A DNA stretch of 59,206 nucleotides, the filler included, from Sphacelaria rigidula (lineage: Eukaryota), in the NCBI GenBank assembly GCA_964200075.2. It is 9 parts of 9 records of this genome, joined end to end, with 100 filler letters (N's around TTAATTAATTAA, not from the genome) between each part and the next. Parts side by side here need not be neighbours in the genome. Positions count along the whole stretch, not along the records: positions 19,771 to 26,260 come from CAXNAA020019770.1; positions 26,361 to 32,850 come from CAXNAA020019771.1; positions 32,951 to 39,439 come from CAXNAA020019772.1; 6 more parts are not named here. One strand, written 5' to 3'. Under the pieces are notes generated by a model. The model had not been told where the DNA came from. It saw only the letters and a program-made list of their open reading frames with translations, and did no database searches. How positions within the stretch are numbered: the stretch's first letter is position 1; the number at the start of each line of letters is the position of its first letter. This document shows positions 23,268 to 36,500 of this stretch, one piece after another. The position numbers and the translations under genes were made by a program.

Positions 23268-26200
23268 CCGGAAAGTGGAGAAGCCAAATTTTGTCGCTGT
23301 CGCAACGAGTCTGTTTTGTTTTCACTACTGTAGTGCAGCAGTGTTGTGTTCTTGTAGGGGTTGGTGGTTGTGTCGGTTTTGTGGCTTGAATTTACTGTAT
23401 CCCATGATGTCATCACAAGCGTGCCATTCTCTGTATATCTTCTGCGGTTAAGTTGTTTCGTGTCGCGCTGTATGGTGTGGTGTGGTGTGGTGTTTTGTTT
23501 TGTTTTCGACCTGTTAGAAGCTTCCTTGTACCCTTATGTGTGTTGTGGGTGCCGAGCGTGTTGGATGGTGATGGGGGGGGGGGGGGGTGAGGAACAGGGG
23601 TTATTATGGCGTAACTGGGAGGTGTATTGGGGTTTCTCGTCTTCTCATGCCTTTCCGATTGCATACGCGATTCGTGTCCGTTTCCCACCCACCCCGCGCA
23701 CCTCCCAGCGCTTGTCCGCTTGTTGGGTCACGATTGTCATTTTATTTTGGAAATTGAAGAAAAAATACTTCAATACTTCATCACTTGGGGAAGACTGCCG
23801 TAAGAAAGGGGGGAAAGCAAGAGATGACAGTTGGGCTTTGTTTTTGTTTTTTCTTGGCTTCATGTGGTTTGTACCACATGAACCATAACCACTGATGACT
23901 TCCTACTGCGTGCATTGGACATCTCTTGTCTCGCAATTTGTTGTGATTAAGAGTTGGAAAAGAAGTCCCTGCCTCTTTCTCCCGTTTTTTGAGACAGGCA
24001 CGTATACATCAACACACTCATGATACAGTCACACGGGAAACTGGTGGAGGCTAATACTCCTTGAGCCACTTTAAATCGCGCAGCTTTTGGCGTGGTTTTC
24101 CCACTTTTGGAGTGAAAAAAAGAGGGGCGAATTATTACACACGCAACGTAGGCGTCTGTTTGCCTACAAAAACTTGGAACACGCGCATATACGTGCGTAG
24201 AACTCTGAATGATGACTTCTTCGCATTTAGTACGGAGTTTTGATCGGTGAGAAATTGAGCCCCGTTTTCTGTTCTGGGGTCTTGAGGTGAACAAAACTAC
24301 TGGGAAGGTGGGAAAAAGGAAAATATTTTCGTGGGGAAAAAGTGGTGTGGTTAACCTGTGTACAGTACGCGAGTCGAAAACGAGGTGTGGAGTGAGGAAT
24401 ACACAGTACATATATATACCTATGCTGACTCATCGTTAAGCATGGTGGTCGCAGTCACAGAGCAGCTGTTGAGTTGAGATATGGTGGTGTATCATTACCG
24501 GTGTTCGAGGGTGACCCGGTGGTGAGTGTTCCGAAAAGAGGTCTGGTGACTGTTCTGAAAAAAGGTACAAACAAGCAGGTCGTTCTGTACAAGTCGATGT
24601 TGGGATGTGGCTAGAACCAAAAGAAAGGTACACTGCTGGTTTACACAGGCACAGCTTGTATTACATGCGGTAATGACGGACATCATTTCGGAAATCGGTT
24701 GACTGTTGCGGCGAGCGCATACTAACAAGCCTCTGCCTTCCTCCGTGGCCCGTTGCCGATCATGAATATTTTTATTTGGAACACCAAAGAACACAGGGAA
24801 CGGCAGCTTGATGCTCCCGTCGAGGGTCATGATTCAGTGCCTGACCAGGACAAGAGGATCAGATGGAAAAGGGGGGGAGGATGGCATACGTCTCTCTTTT
24901 TTCTCACGGATACACGCGCCAAGGATGTCTAGAATTTTCCGGTAATGAGCTCTTGCGCGATCTGGACGTATGTTGCGTTGTGTTGCTGGGGGGGAAGTTG
25001 GGGTGAATCAAAAGTTACTCTCACTTTTTTTTCCATCTCGGTTATTCGGCAGTGGAGATTTGTACGAGTTGGTTCACGGGTATTACGGTGTGGTGGCACG
25101 GAAGAGGCCGAGAGGCAAAAAAGATGAAGGAGCCGTGATGGTGGTGTCAGTACCGTGAAGAGTGGAGGTGTGATTTGACCTTCTTTGTTTTCATTTTGTT
25201 GTCGTGTTCGTTTCCGTCTACTGTGTCATATGTGAAAGTGTGTGTCGTTTTACTCCTGTGACCGCGAAGTAGAAGTCATTTTCGGTCAAGTCATATTCAT
25301 TCATGAGTGTCTTAGCTTGTCTTCCCTTTGTTCAAGGACCCCCGAAACAACGAAATATCGCTCACTCAACAATCTTTTCCGCCAGTCGATCCAAACGTTG
25401 GTAGTGGCACTTGATTTTGATGCGCAAATAACAAAACCTTCAAAAAGAGGAGACATCCCAATATCTCTGCAGTCAGACGCGCAGCACGGGGAACGAGATG
25501 AAACAACGGCTGTACGCTGTAAAACACAAGGTGTGAGGTTTGTTGATCTTGGCCGACAACGACTTTTGGCGAGTAGCAAATTGGGGAAAAGTTGAGGGTC
25601 TCGAAACAACGTCCTGGTGAGGGAGTGCTTTTGATCATTCGCCTTACCTTGGCCATTTTTTCATCTCTTGTGGGCTTTTTTTCGCCTCCTTCACTGGCGT
25701 GTGCTTCCAGTTACACGTCGACATATCTTACCCAGAGATATCACGTTCGTCAGTAGCAAGCTACCACCACGAGCTGGGCCAGCTGACAGTGAATTGCGAA
25801 CGTATCCGGGCCGGGCGGTGGCTAGTTCGAAGCGTTAGGCGCTGTAATTTTGTCACAACATTTTCATCAGTGCGCACAACCTCCAACTCCCCGGGGATGC
25901 TGAGAAAACAAACAAAACAAAGAGACATGGAGTTGAAGCGATTTTATGTTTCTGTGAAAACTAGAAAAATGCTGTTGGGCCGGATGTTATGGCAAACAGA
26001 TTTTTGGCCCACGGATTGTTCACTTTCATGATTTACGCACCTTTTGACCCCCAAGCCGAGAAAACCGCCAACACACGTCTCGGACACTCCTAGTCTGCTT
26101 TTCAGATTCGCTTGGCTCCGAGGTTCGAAATTGGCCGCGGAACAAAAATCTGTGCCTGCCGACCCCCACCAGTTTGGCCACCTCGGGTCCTCTCAAACAC

Positions 26201-28538
26201 CCGAAGCAACCATGAAACAGCAACACGAAACTTTTCCGGGATCAACATCAAGCAGGGCTTNNNNNNNNNNNNNNNNNNNNNNNNNNNNNNNNNNNNNNNN
26301 NNNNTTAATTAATTAANNNNNNNNNNNNNNNNNNNNNNNNNNNNNNNNNNNNNNNNNNNNGTAGGGACGGTTCCCCGTCTCTAAAGGGATGCGGGGTCAA
26401 TGGGCAAAAGACCAAGGCAAGAAAAAAATGTGTCCCCCCCCCCCCCCCCCCCCAACATTGCTCATGGTCAAATTTGGCTTCGGATCTGCTGCTTTTACAA
26501 TGGCGCAGCACGTCTACTGTTTGTCTGAACACGTGGATTTTGAGCGCTTGTATGTAAGTAAGTCCATGAGAACCCCTGGCCATTTGTCTGGCCAAGCCAC
26601 ACGCTTTCACGTTTTTCTCATGGTGAGCAGGCGTTACCTGTGCCAAGCTAATCTGAAATACCGAGCTCCTCGTGGTTCCTTTTTGTGCTTAATATTGACG
26701 CTACTTCTGTAAGCAGGGCTCAACTGCGGCTTCCGGCACAGCGAGGCTGCTAGCAACACGGAGAGAATCTGCAATCGGTGGGCAGCAGGTGTGATGAACA
26801 TAAACATGAATATCCTGAACGTTCTGGGTTCGAATCCTGACGCATGCCGTACGTCTTGCAGAATGTAGTTTTCGCCGTTCTCAAGTGTGGGGACATGGGT
26901 GAGACAATCTTGCGGGAAGAATCGACGCGGTGCGCTAATGCTGCTTCAACCCGCGATGCCAGTAGTTGATTGATTGGTTGTCGCACTTTAAGTGACCCCC
27001 CAGGGGTCCGGCCATGGTCGCATGGTAGACGTACGCAAGAGAAGCAAAACTGAAACACTCGCTCAAGAAAAGAAGGAACAGAAAAAATTCGAACAGAACG
27101 ACATACAGTAGTGGGCGGTCTAACTATATAGCGGGGTTTGGGGGGTATTCCTCGCGTTCTACTCTTCGATAGAACTCGAAATTGCTAGCGTCGGTAGATT
27201 CTGGTACGATGAAGACACCATCCTCGAAACACAGTGCCCGAGTCAGTGCTAGTTGGTGTTATCGGGCGAAACGAGTAAATATCCCGTTCATCAGGAGGGT
27301 GTTATTGACCGTGAAACACAGTTCTTCGGCTCTAGTGCGATGAGTAGGCAGAATCTCAAAAAAATAAAACGGTACATATTTTTGGAAATATGAGCGGGAC
27401 AGGCTCGATCGACCGACAATACCGAAAAGTAAGAATCTGGGCTGAAACGTCGCAGGACCCCCGATGACCGGTTGGCCCGTAAGTCACTCAATATTGAGTG
27501 CAGATGATTTTTTTTTCTTGGAATGTGGAGCGGATACAAATGTATTCAAATACCCGCTGTGACAAGCGGTGGCAAGCGAAAAGAACCCAAGAAAATCGCC
27601 AATTACGAAGAAATCAGAAAATGCCTCAAAATGAGTAGTTAGACCGCCCACTACTGTAGTAGAGTAAGACGTAAAGAAAAGAAGGATAAAAAAGTCAACA
27701 AGAGCAGAGCACAGAAAGATATGGCCGACCTAAAAACAACAAAAAAACCAAAACAAAGTCAGGGGGATGCCGGGAGAGAGGTGGCGTGTTGATTCCTCGG
27801 GCCTACGGACACGTCCCTACAAAAAGGGAAGAAGTTGAAAAGTATGACGATTGAACAAAAACGATGGACCGTACGAAGGATGCAAGGTACACCCCCTTGC
27901 CCCCCCCCGATACCCCTCATAGAAACTGTTTATTTTCTAAATATGTTTCCATGTCTGGTGAGGTGAATAGCCAGTGAACACGATGCGTCATCTAGAAAAC
28001 GTGGCAACGGGCTACCCTTCGGCCGGTTGACTCTGCCCGCACAGCTACAGCCCCGCTGCGGGCTCCGGGCTACATCCGGGATTCAGTCGGAGCTGAAAGT
28101 GCTCCGAAATGATCCATCACGTTAACCGAACTTTCCAGATGATGACTTGGTGAGGCCATGTCTTCTTTGGAGTTGGTTTTAGACCTTTTTTCTTCCCCTC
28201 CCCTCCCAAAATATTGTTCCCGCGACATGCCAAATGATCATACACTCCATTCCACGCAATCAGTTGTGTGCCGTGTTTTCCTTCCCACTACACAAACAAT
28301 AAAACTAATGCCTCACCAAACTCCCCCCCTCACCGAAATTTCCACATCGTGTCCAAGTCACCTCCTGAAGCATCGCCCTACTACATCCTATCCGTACCTC
28401 TCACCACGCCATCTTCGAAGATCATGATGATCCACCGAGAACAGCGACGCACCATACCCCCCGCAGGCGCGGTGCCACCTCACAGACGTGAAACGTGCCC
28501 GCCCGTTCCCCCTTTTGTATTGCGCGTACTTAACACAG

Positions 28539-29016
28539 GATATGTGTGCGACGGTCGCTGCAACCTCCGACACCCATCCGCGGCGGAGCTCGCCGTTCCC
28601 CCGCCGACGCCCATCCACCACCGCAGACCGAGACCAGTCTTCACGCCACCTCAACAACCGCCACATCAATCACTAAACTTGACAACAACGCCAAAAGCAC
28701 CGGCAGCCGAGGCGGGGGTGGGGGCGCCGCCGTGCAGGTTTTACGCCCAGGGGCGATGCGTCAAAGGTAGCACCTGCCCCTTCCTGCACACCCCACAGGC
28801 CGTCCCGCAGTCGCTCAAAGCTGCCGCGGTCGCTGCTCGGACTGCGGGCGGTGGAGGCAGTGCCGGCCCCGGCGTCAGCGCCGGCGACGGGCGAAGGGTA
28901 GGAAAACGGTTGTCCGGTGGTGCTGATGCTGGTGGGGGTGTTGCTGAAGTGGGGGGCGGTGGGGCGGTGGCGAGTGCGACGCAGGCTAAGGCTGCCGGTA
29001 TCTTGCAGAAACACCG
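28539..29016 (+). CDS. Exon of a CCCH zinc-finger protein gene
   Basis: CAG| acceptor and |GTGCGT donor. End of one finger (CDGRCNLRH) and a complete CRFYAQGRCVKGSTCPFLH. Confidence 0.8.
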
Positions 29017-29890
29017 GTGCGTGTGGTTGTTCCGGATTAGTTGTTTGTTTTTTGTTTATTGTCTTTCGTGTGTCGGGTTGGTCTTATTTAGACATGTAGA
29101 AAATGTGTTTTCCTCTGTGTGTGTGTGTGTGTGTCTGTGTGTGTGTCTGTTTGTCTCTGGTTCACTCTCGACTGTTCGTGTCTTGAACGGCTTCAATTTT
29201 TGTGCAAAATTGTTTCCTGGCTTCGGAATTGCGTCATATGTCCTTTCCATAGATATCTGTGTATGATGCCGTTGTGGCGAACGACTTTGCACACGAAATC
29301 TCGTGCTCCCCGTGTAATTGTCCCTACTTAGCCCCCTCCTCTATACTCAGCGTGCGGGCAACATATGGTGAAAAGTGTACGGTTGGTTGCAGAAAATGTC
29401 ATCCAGCACTCTATGAACTTCATCTTCTTTTTTCTCCTTTGGGCAAGGCCCCGTAGAACCTTACCGCAAGGCCCCGTGTGGTGCAACCCGTAGGTTGAAG
29501 TGGTGCATCAAATAGCGAGTCAAGACCGAAGATTTGCGGGTTCGAATGCGGGCATACAAGGCTGTTTCGAGCGCAAGCTTTTTTTGGTACATCCGTTGAT
29601 GAAAACCTGAGGGCACGCGCGCCAAAAGAAGAATTCGACGGCAGCCGACGGGGTGCGCGAGAGTGCCGACCCAATCCTTGACAGACACAATGTCAGGCAG
29701 TCGCCGCAGAAAAAATGGTGAGGTCTGATCCCCTGTGACAATGGACTCGTCGCGAGGACGAGAAGAGGTGAAAAGATATGACGACGAAAAACGACGAACC
29801 GACCGACCGACCCTGATTCATAGGCAACCCCCGCATCGAACCACATAGCACTCACACCGCGTCCCCCGGTCCCCTCCTACCTCGTTGCAG

Positions 29891-30872
29891 GCTCACCGCA
29901 AGTGCATCAGCCGTGAGTGCAGGTGCACGAGGAGGTGTTGTCGTGAGAGGGTCCGCTGCCGCTGCCGCCAAGGTATCACCGTCACCTGTACCGGCAGCAG
30001 CGAAGCCCATCGGCAAGCGCCTTCGGACGGAGTCATCAGAGGCGGGCCCTCGCCCTGTTGCTATAGCAAGAGCGACAACAGAAGAAGAAGCAGTGACACG
30101 GAGAGCAGCGGAAGACGGGCTTTCTGCAAATGTTGATGAAACGGGAGCAGGGGCATCAGCACCAGCCGCCACGGAGCCGGAGGCGCCGTCAGCGGTAGTG
30201 GCGAAGAGGAAAGTAAGGGAAGGCCATTCCAGCGGCACTCTGGCAGCCGTACAAGTACCAGGGAAGGATATGGCTGTTGATGATGTATTCTTGAGCGAGA
30301 ACCGGGCGCCGGAATCATGTAGCGAGGACAGCGCAGGGAACGATGAATTGGTCAGGACGGGCGTTGGGCCAGCCGCAGAGGGAGCTGCGTCGTCGGCGTC
30401 CCCGGTTCCAGAGTCCGTTTCGAACGGTGGCGGCGATGGAAACAGAGACGGTAGTGATGGTGATGGTGGTGGTGGTGCTGCTGGGGAGGTGGAATGGGCA
30501 GAAAACTATGACACAAAGCCCTCCCCAAAAAACACATCCGGCAGTCGTCGTTGCGGTAACAACACCGCTGGCACCGCCGCTGTTGCTCCCGTTGCCAGCA
30601 TTCCCTCTGCTCCTCGTTCGTGTGGAGACGCTAATCTTGTTGATGACGATGCTGGAAATGGATCTCATGACAGCGGCGGCGGCGGCGGTAACCGCGGACG
30701 CGATCATTCCGCCGTGGACGCGGAATCGGGGCTTGCGAGTGGCAGTAGTAGCGCCGACCCTAGTGGTATGCGTGGTGGTAGTGCGGATATGGTGGCGGGG
30801 TTGTCGTCTCCGGTGTTGCTGGCGGGTGTTGCTGCAACGGGGTTGACCACTGGGGGTACGCAGCAGGATTGA
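29891..30872 (+). CDS. Terminal low-complexity exon of the CCCH zinc-finger gene
   Basis: TTGCAG| acceptor. The phase-2 join gives KHRLTASASAVSAG, in frame with ORF 29913-30872. Confidence 0.7.
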
Positions 30873-33195
30873 TGGGCCGCAAGCGCTGTTTCACCGGAGT
30901 CATGATCCTCACCGCCATGACTGGCGTCACCTGTTGATCAAGAAGATTTTGACCAACGCATTTCTTGTTGAATGTTGCGATGAAGAAAAAGAAGGAAACG
31001 TTGGCCCACTGGTACATACGAAAGTTGCGGGCATCTCCTCCTCCTCCTCTTCCTCCTCGGTAGTGTACGGCGTAGGTGTTGAACAATGGTGACTTTTTCG
31101 TTGGCGATGCGCCGCTTCCGTCCCTCTGGTTGGTTGGCTTGGTTTGGTTCACATATGGGGCGAAGGTCGCGCGCTCTCTCGGAGGGGGTTTGAGAGAGTG
31201 ATATTTCATGGGTCCAATTTTCCGCTCCGCTTGTCATCCTTTTATTCGAGGAAGACTAAAGCTTGACCCCTACAGCCACAAAATAAACCAGAAGATCTCG
31301 CGCTCTAGCGCTCGGGGGTGGACATAGATGCTACTAGATTACAGAGGAAGGGATGGACTGTGCCCGTATCTGATCCAACGGGCATGGGGCAGACGGGAAT
31401 ATTTGCGTTGGTAGTTTGGTTGGGGATACAGTAGATGTACAATGTATCGACACCGTGGGTTGTTGTCTTTCCTAGTTCCGGGTCAATTGTTTACAGTAGG
31501 TAGTGTACAACAGACACTATGTGTTGATTGTTGGTGAACACGGCTGACTTAGCTGATATGGTACAGAAAAGATTCATTGTTAGCCCAGTTATCATTAGTT
31601 GAGATGAACTCAAAACTTGTGTTTTTCGTTGCGAGGAATGAAAGGGAATTGAAAAAACGATCATTTCATGATATTGATGACTCCTACAGAAAAGTGAATC
31701 CATAACTATCACCGGCTATTTTATCTGTACAATAATGGACTGACTCTCGACACGCACTTGCAAGCTTCTGGGGGGGGCGTACTCATTTGTTGCTTGCCTT
31801 AGTCGTTCGACCATTGACCACGCATCCCTTTCTAGACGGAGCACAAGCTTCAGAGGGACGGAGGGAGTTATTCCGCGCGCATAGATGAACTTGAATGTTC
31901 ATCTCACGCGAACCACCTCGTTCAACAAGGAAGGCGGGGCCGGGCGCCGCATAAGAGTGGTTATTAGTAGGGGTGCATGATATTTTCTCGACGAGGGCGT
32001 ACTGGCGTTTGACATAGACGCCCGCGCACTTACTTAAGTGCGGTTAGGACGAGGTCGTGTGTGAACGTCAGGCGATCTTCTCGTAGGCAAATATCACAAA
32101 ATGCGAAATAAAAAATGTTTTGTTTTACAATGTCAAAATATTTTAGACCAGTTTTGGCCAAAAAAGTACACCCCTGCGGTAGCACGACTCCAAACACTTG
32201 GTGCACCTCCCCCCCCCCTCCCGCGTCCGGCGAAAACCCGGCGTATTCCGTCCCGACTTTGTAGGGACGGAACCCCTGCATATGGGGGTGGCGTCGGTCG
32301 GCGATGGCGCTGTAAAACACGTCACTTACTCCCCAAGCTAGGTAACCAGGCTGTTGCCTTTTATTTTGCGCGCTTTCGTTTTTTTTGCGGTGACCGTGAC
32401 AGTGGTCGAGCTAGATCATATTGTGCGAGGGAGAAAACCTCAACCCCGCGCGAAGGGAATGATTTTACTCCTTTATGTTTGAATGGTGACACACCCATAA
32501 GGTAGTGTGTAAGCCGTGACTGTCTCTGGAAGTGGCGATACCCGAAAATGAAAGCAACTCATTAGAGGCTGTCACCCAAATGCAAGATAATCAGTACGCT
32601 CCGGGCCACACAATCTTAGCCGGATGCAGCTCAAACTTCATGCGACTCACCGAACACACCACGGCGCTTTGCGCTTGGTGATAGATTGCAAGTGTGGTCC
32701 GGCGAAAACCCGGCGTGCTCCGTCCCGGCTTTGTAGGGATGCGAGGTCAATGGTCATATGACAATGGTTTGCAGGATGATGAGGCCCCCCCCCCCCCCCG
32801 CCCCCTCCCCCCCTCGCCCGCCGGCCGCCCGGGACCCGCCGACGGCACGGNNNNNNNNNNNNNNNNNNNNNNNNNNNNNNNNNNNNNNNNNNNNTTAATT
32901 AATTAANNNNNNNNNNNNNNNNNNNNNNNNNNNNNNNNNNNNNNNNNNNNCGTGTTTTGGATGAGATAAAGGGCTCCTAACAATTCTAACCTCAGAAAAT
33001 ATTTGTGTACGCCTACCGTAGACAACGTTCCTCAAACCAGTGGAGAAAATGATGGAAAAAACCTGACCCACTGAGTGTCGTAAATTACACCTTAGAGAGC
33101 GCCCACCCACAATCTCAATGCACGAAAACCAAGCGTGGGCCGGTGAGTGGCCTTCGAAATACTGTTCCGAATTTATGCCGATCCGGTTCTTCAAA

Positions 33196-33454
33196 GGCAT
33201 TCGCTCACCTAATATTTAGAGTTGGAGCGTAAAATTTGGTACCGACAATGCATGGGCCACAAAAAAAAATGCGTCGATACCACAGTCTTTTTTTCATGAC
33301 TCATGGGCAATCAGTAATCAGTTTTCAGGTACCAGTAAAATGCCCCTTACTCATGAAAAAAGAGAATGGTACCGACGTTTTTTTTTTCATATCCCATGCA
33401 TTGTCTATACCAAATGTTGCACTCCAACTGTAAATATTGGGGTCAGCAAACGCC
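33196..33454. repeat. Foldback/MITE-like imperfect inverted repeat (~110-bp arms)
   Basis: AATATTTAGAGTTGGAG..GACAATGCATGGG..TTTTTTCATGA is mirrored by TCATGAAAAAA..CCCATGCATTGTC..CTCCAACTGTAAATATT. Confidence 0.8.
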
Positions 33455-33598
33455 GTGTCAACTTAAAATCCACCTCTACGCTGGCCCAGCTCGTACGTAC
33501 CTCTTCTGTTTAGTACATGACTAGGTGCAGTATTCACCACGTCGACCCTCCGCCCAATTCCCAAAACGTCTCAGGTGTGATTTGTTCTGCCATTAGGT

Positions 33599-36500
33599 GT
33601 GTCCGTCCAGCTACGGCCGCGGTCGGTGTCACTACTGACGGAGGCGGCCGCACAAATCCCGTTTTGCAATCGCGCGCAGGTGCTGAAGCCCGAGAAGCGA
33701 ATGCCTCAGAAAACCGTGCACATGTTCATCCAGGAGGGATCAACGAAGGACTACAACGCTATGGAAAGCGCCCTTCACCGGATGTGCAACATGCTGCGGT
33801 TGGGAGAAAGCGATGGGTGCCCGCGGGCCATCTTAGCCGAGGATGAGGAGACCTTTAGTTGGGTACGTCGGTATAGTCGCATGTACCCCGAGTTCTTGGA
33901 TAAAATCCTCCTGTGGCCTGGTGATTTCTACATCATATTTCATATCGCGAAGGCCATGCTAAAACGAATTTGGGGGGCCGGCCTGGAGTTTGTCGCCAAC
34001 GAGCTCGGCAGTGATGACGCCAGGGCCGCAGAAGGTGACAACTACCGGCGGGCCCACCATCAGATGACGGTACTGTACGAGTCCTTCATCATCGTCATCA
34101 CGGCGACCATGCAAGACGACGTGGGGGGGTGATTTGAAGGAAGGGGTAAATGGCGCTGATCAAATGAGGGAGTGGATAGACCGCCGGGCACGCGATCACA
34201 AGACTTTCAGGTTTTGGTCGCGATTCCTTCTCGTCGATTATCCCGCCTACTCCGGGGTGAGGATGGGTGTGCGCACCGGGAATCTGAAGCCGCGGAACGC
34301 CTGCCTCCGCATCGCGGCGCCCATTTTGTGCCCTTACGGGAAGGACCACTACCAGGTATCTATCGCCGGACATCTCGGCGACGCGACCCGGATGACAGAC
34401 GCCGATCACGAGGTGTTGTCCGAGCAATTTTCGACGTCCCTGGGCGGCGATGCATTTTCTCGCGTGCGGTTGGACGAGCGGCAAGAAATTGCCAACCGGG
34501 ATTACAACGGGGCGACAAAGCAAATCACCAGGAGCTTCGCCTCGAAGCTAGCCGCTATTGTCGGCGCGCGCGAGAGGGCGATGGAGCGCATCCAGGAAGC
34601 TTTCTTTCCCAGAGTGAAGCAGGGCGATCCCGCGGCAAAAGTGGTGAAGAAACGCCATCCTGCCGTCCTCCAGGCCATGCAAGTCGTCCCGCAACGCCTG
34701 GCGTTTTGCGAGGACGACCTGGACCACCTCGTGGCGCTGTACGGACGCGTGATGACCGAAAGGGGGAGGCGGAGAACTTCGACGTTCCCCGCCGTTGCGA
34801 GGATATGTGGGCAGAAGTCATCAAGGGCGTGGTGCTGGGGGACGAATCGGCGGCTGGCGCATCCAGGACGAAACTGAAGTACATCCCGGCCGCACGCACA
34901 AGCAACAAGCCCACAAAGCAAGAAGCAAGGTCATCGGCGTCGAAGAAGAGTGTCAGCAGTGTCGGTGCTCAAGCCCTGGAACAGCATCGAATACCCCTCG
35001 CCCTCATGAGCCGAGGCCATGGAGTGACGCCAGAGGAGCTTTTCCAGGCTGTTTTGAATATCGGTACCGTCGTACCCCAGGCGACGGCAATCGAAGTCGG
35101 AGGTGAAGATCATGTGCACCTAGTGTCATATTGCAGTATGTCGTCGCCCGTAGAGTTGCCGAGGCCGCGTGGCAGACGTCGATCATATCTTCTTTTGCTG
35201 TTTTTTATTTTTTATTGTTTTTCTTCTCTTCTCAAGCCCTAGATGTACTATGTACTATATTGTTTTGATATCATTGTATTTTTATTTTTTTATTTTCAGC
35301 GGGTGTTTAGCTTTCGTCTCGTATCGGGTTTGGCTTTCATGTCAACACGACCGGTTCCTTGAAGGGATAGTGAAAGTGCGACAGAGGACCAACCAACCAG
35401 CCGGTCCATCAATCGATCGATCGATCGATCGATCGATGAAGGAATCACAGGGAGTCATCCGTGATCCATCCCTGTCCCTGCATCGTTCCTTTCTCAAGGG
35501 CGACTGCAGGACTTTGATTTCGACTTCCCCAGTCACATGCCGGCGGCTACAATTACTCTCAAACAAGCCGTAAGTCGGCATCCATTGGTGCTTAGCAAGT
35601 GAAACCTTATGTCCACCTTAGGCCAGAGGGTAACGATGACGACCTCGCCCCTCGCCTCGTCGTCGTTCAGGTCTGCGCCACGCCAACAAATCACTCGGCC
35701 CCAAGACCTTCGTGATGATGACGTGCCCGGATGCCGTGAAAGAAGAGGACTTTTACTCGACGGAAGGACACGCCATCGATCTCCCATGCGAGATCCACAA
35801 CATTCCACCACCCGGCATTCTCGCCGGAGGGGACGCCGCAGTGGTAGAGCACCACCGCGCCAACATCATGGCAAAGTGCGGAGGCGGCACGAAGTTGGTG
35901 ATCATTTGTTATGACCGGGCAGCCCTCGTGCCGCCGATCAAGGCGCACAAGTAGGCAGGCCGGCAGGCGAAGACAAGCACATGAAAACGGGAATTCGATG
36001 CCACACGAAGTAATCCACTACCCGGCGGTCCGGAGTATCAGGCATATTTGCGGGTACCCGGAAACCGAGACGCCATGGCCCGGGCGATATGTGAGCGCAC
36101 TCTTCGCCACCCCCAGATATTGAGCCAAGCCGAAACGCAGGTGATATCTTACGGAATAAAATTCGCCGAGGAAGGCGAGAGGGCTGCAAGCGTGGCCCAC
36201 GGAGATCGGCAACCGGCGGCGACGGGAGTCACGGCGGCATGCATTAATGGAGGATTGAGAGACGGCGGTGAGAACGACATGCCGGCGGCGGTGGCAGGTG
36301 TGGAGATGGTATGCAGGCGCTACGATGGAGGGTCGGCCAACGGCGGAAGTCCGTACCATCCTCCACACGATTCGGGGGGCACTGCGCTTCAGCAGCCAGG
36401 GTGGGCACGAGCACACCCACCCGCGATTGGTGGGACACGGACAGGCTTTGACGATGCGGCGGGAGCCTATGCCATTCCACACGGCGCCATTGCAACGCCC

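Noticed and set aside
23361..23888. 175-aa hydrophobic ORF as a membrane protein
   Set aside because: It derives from GT/T-rich low-complexity 3' flank and has no recognisable motifs.
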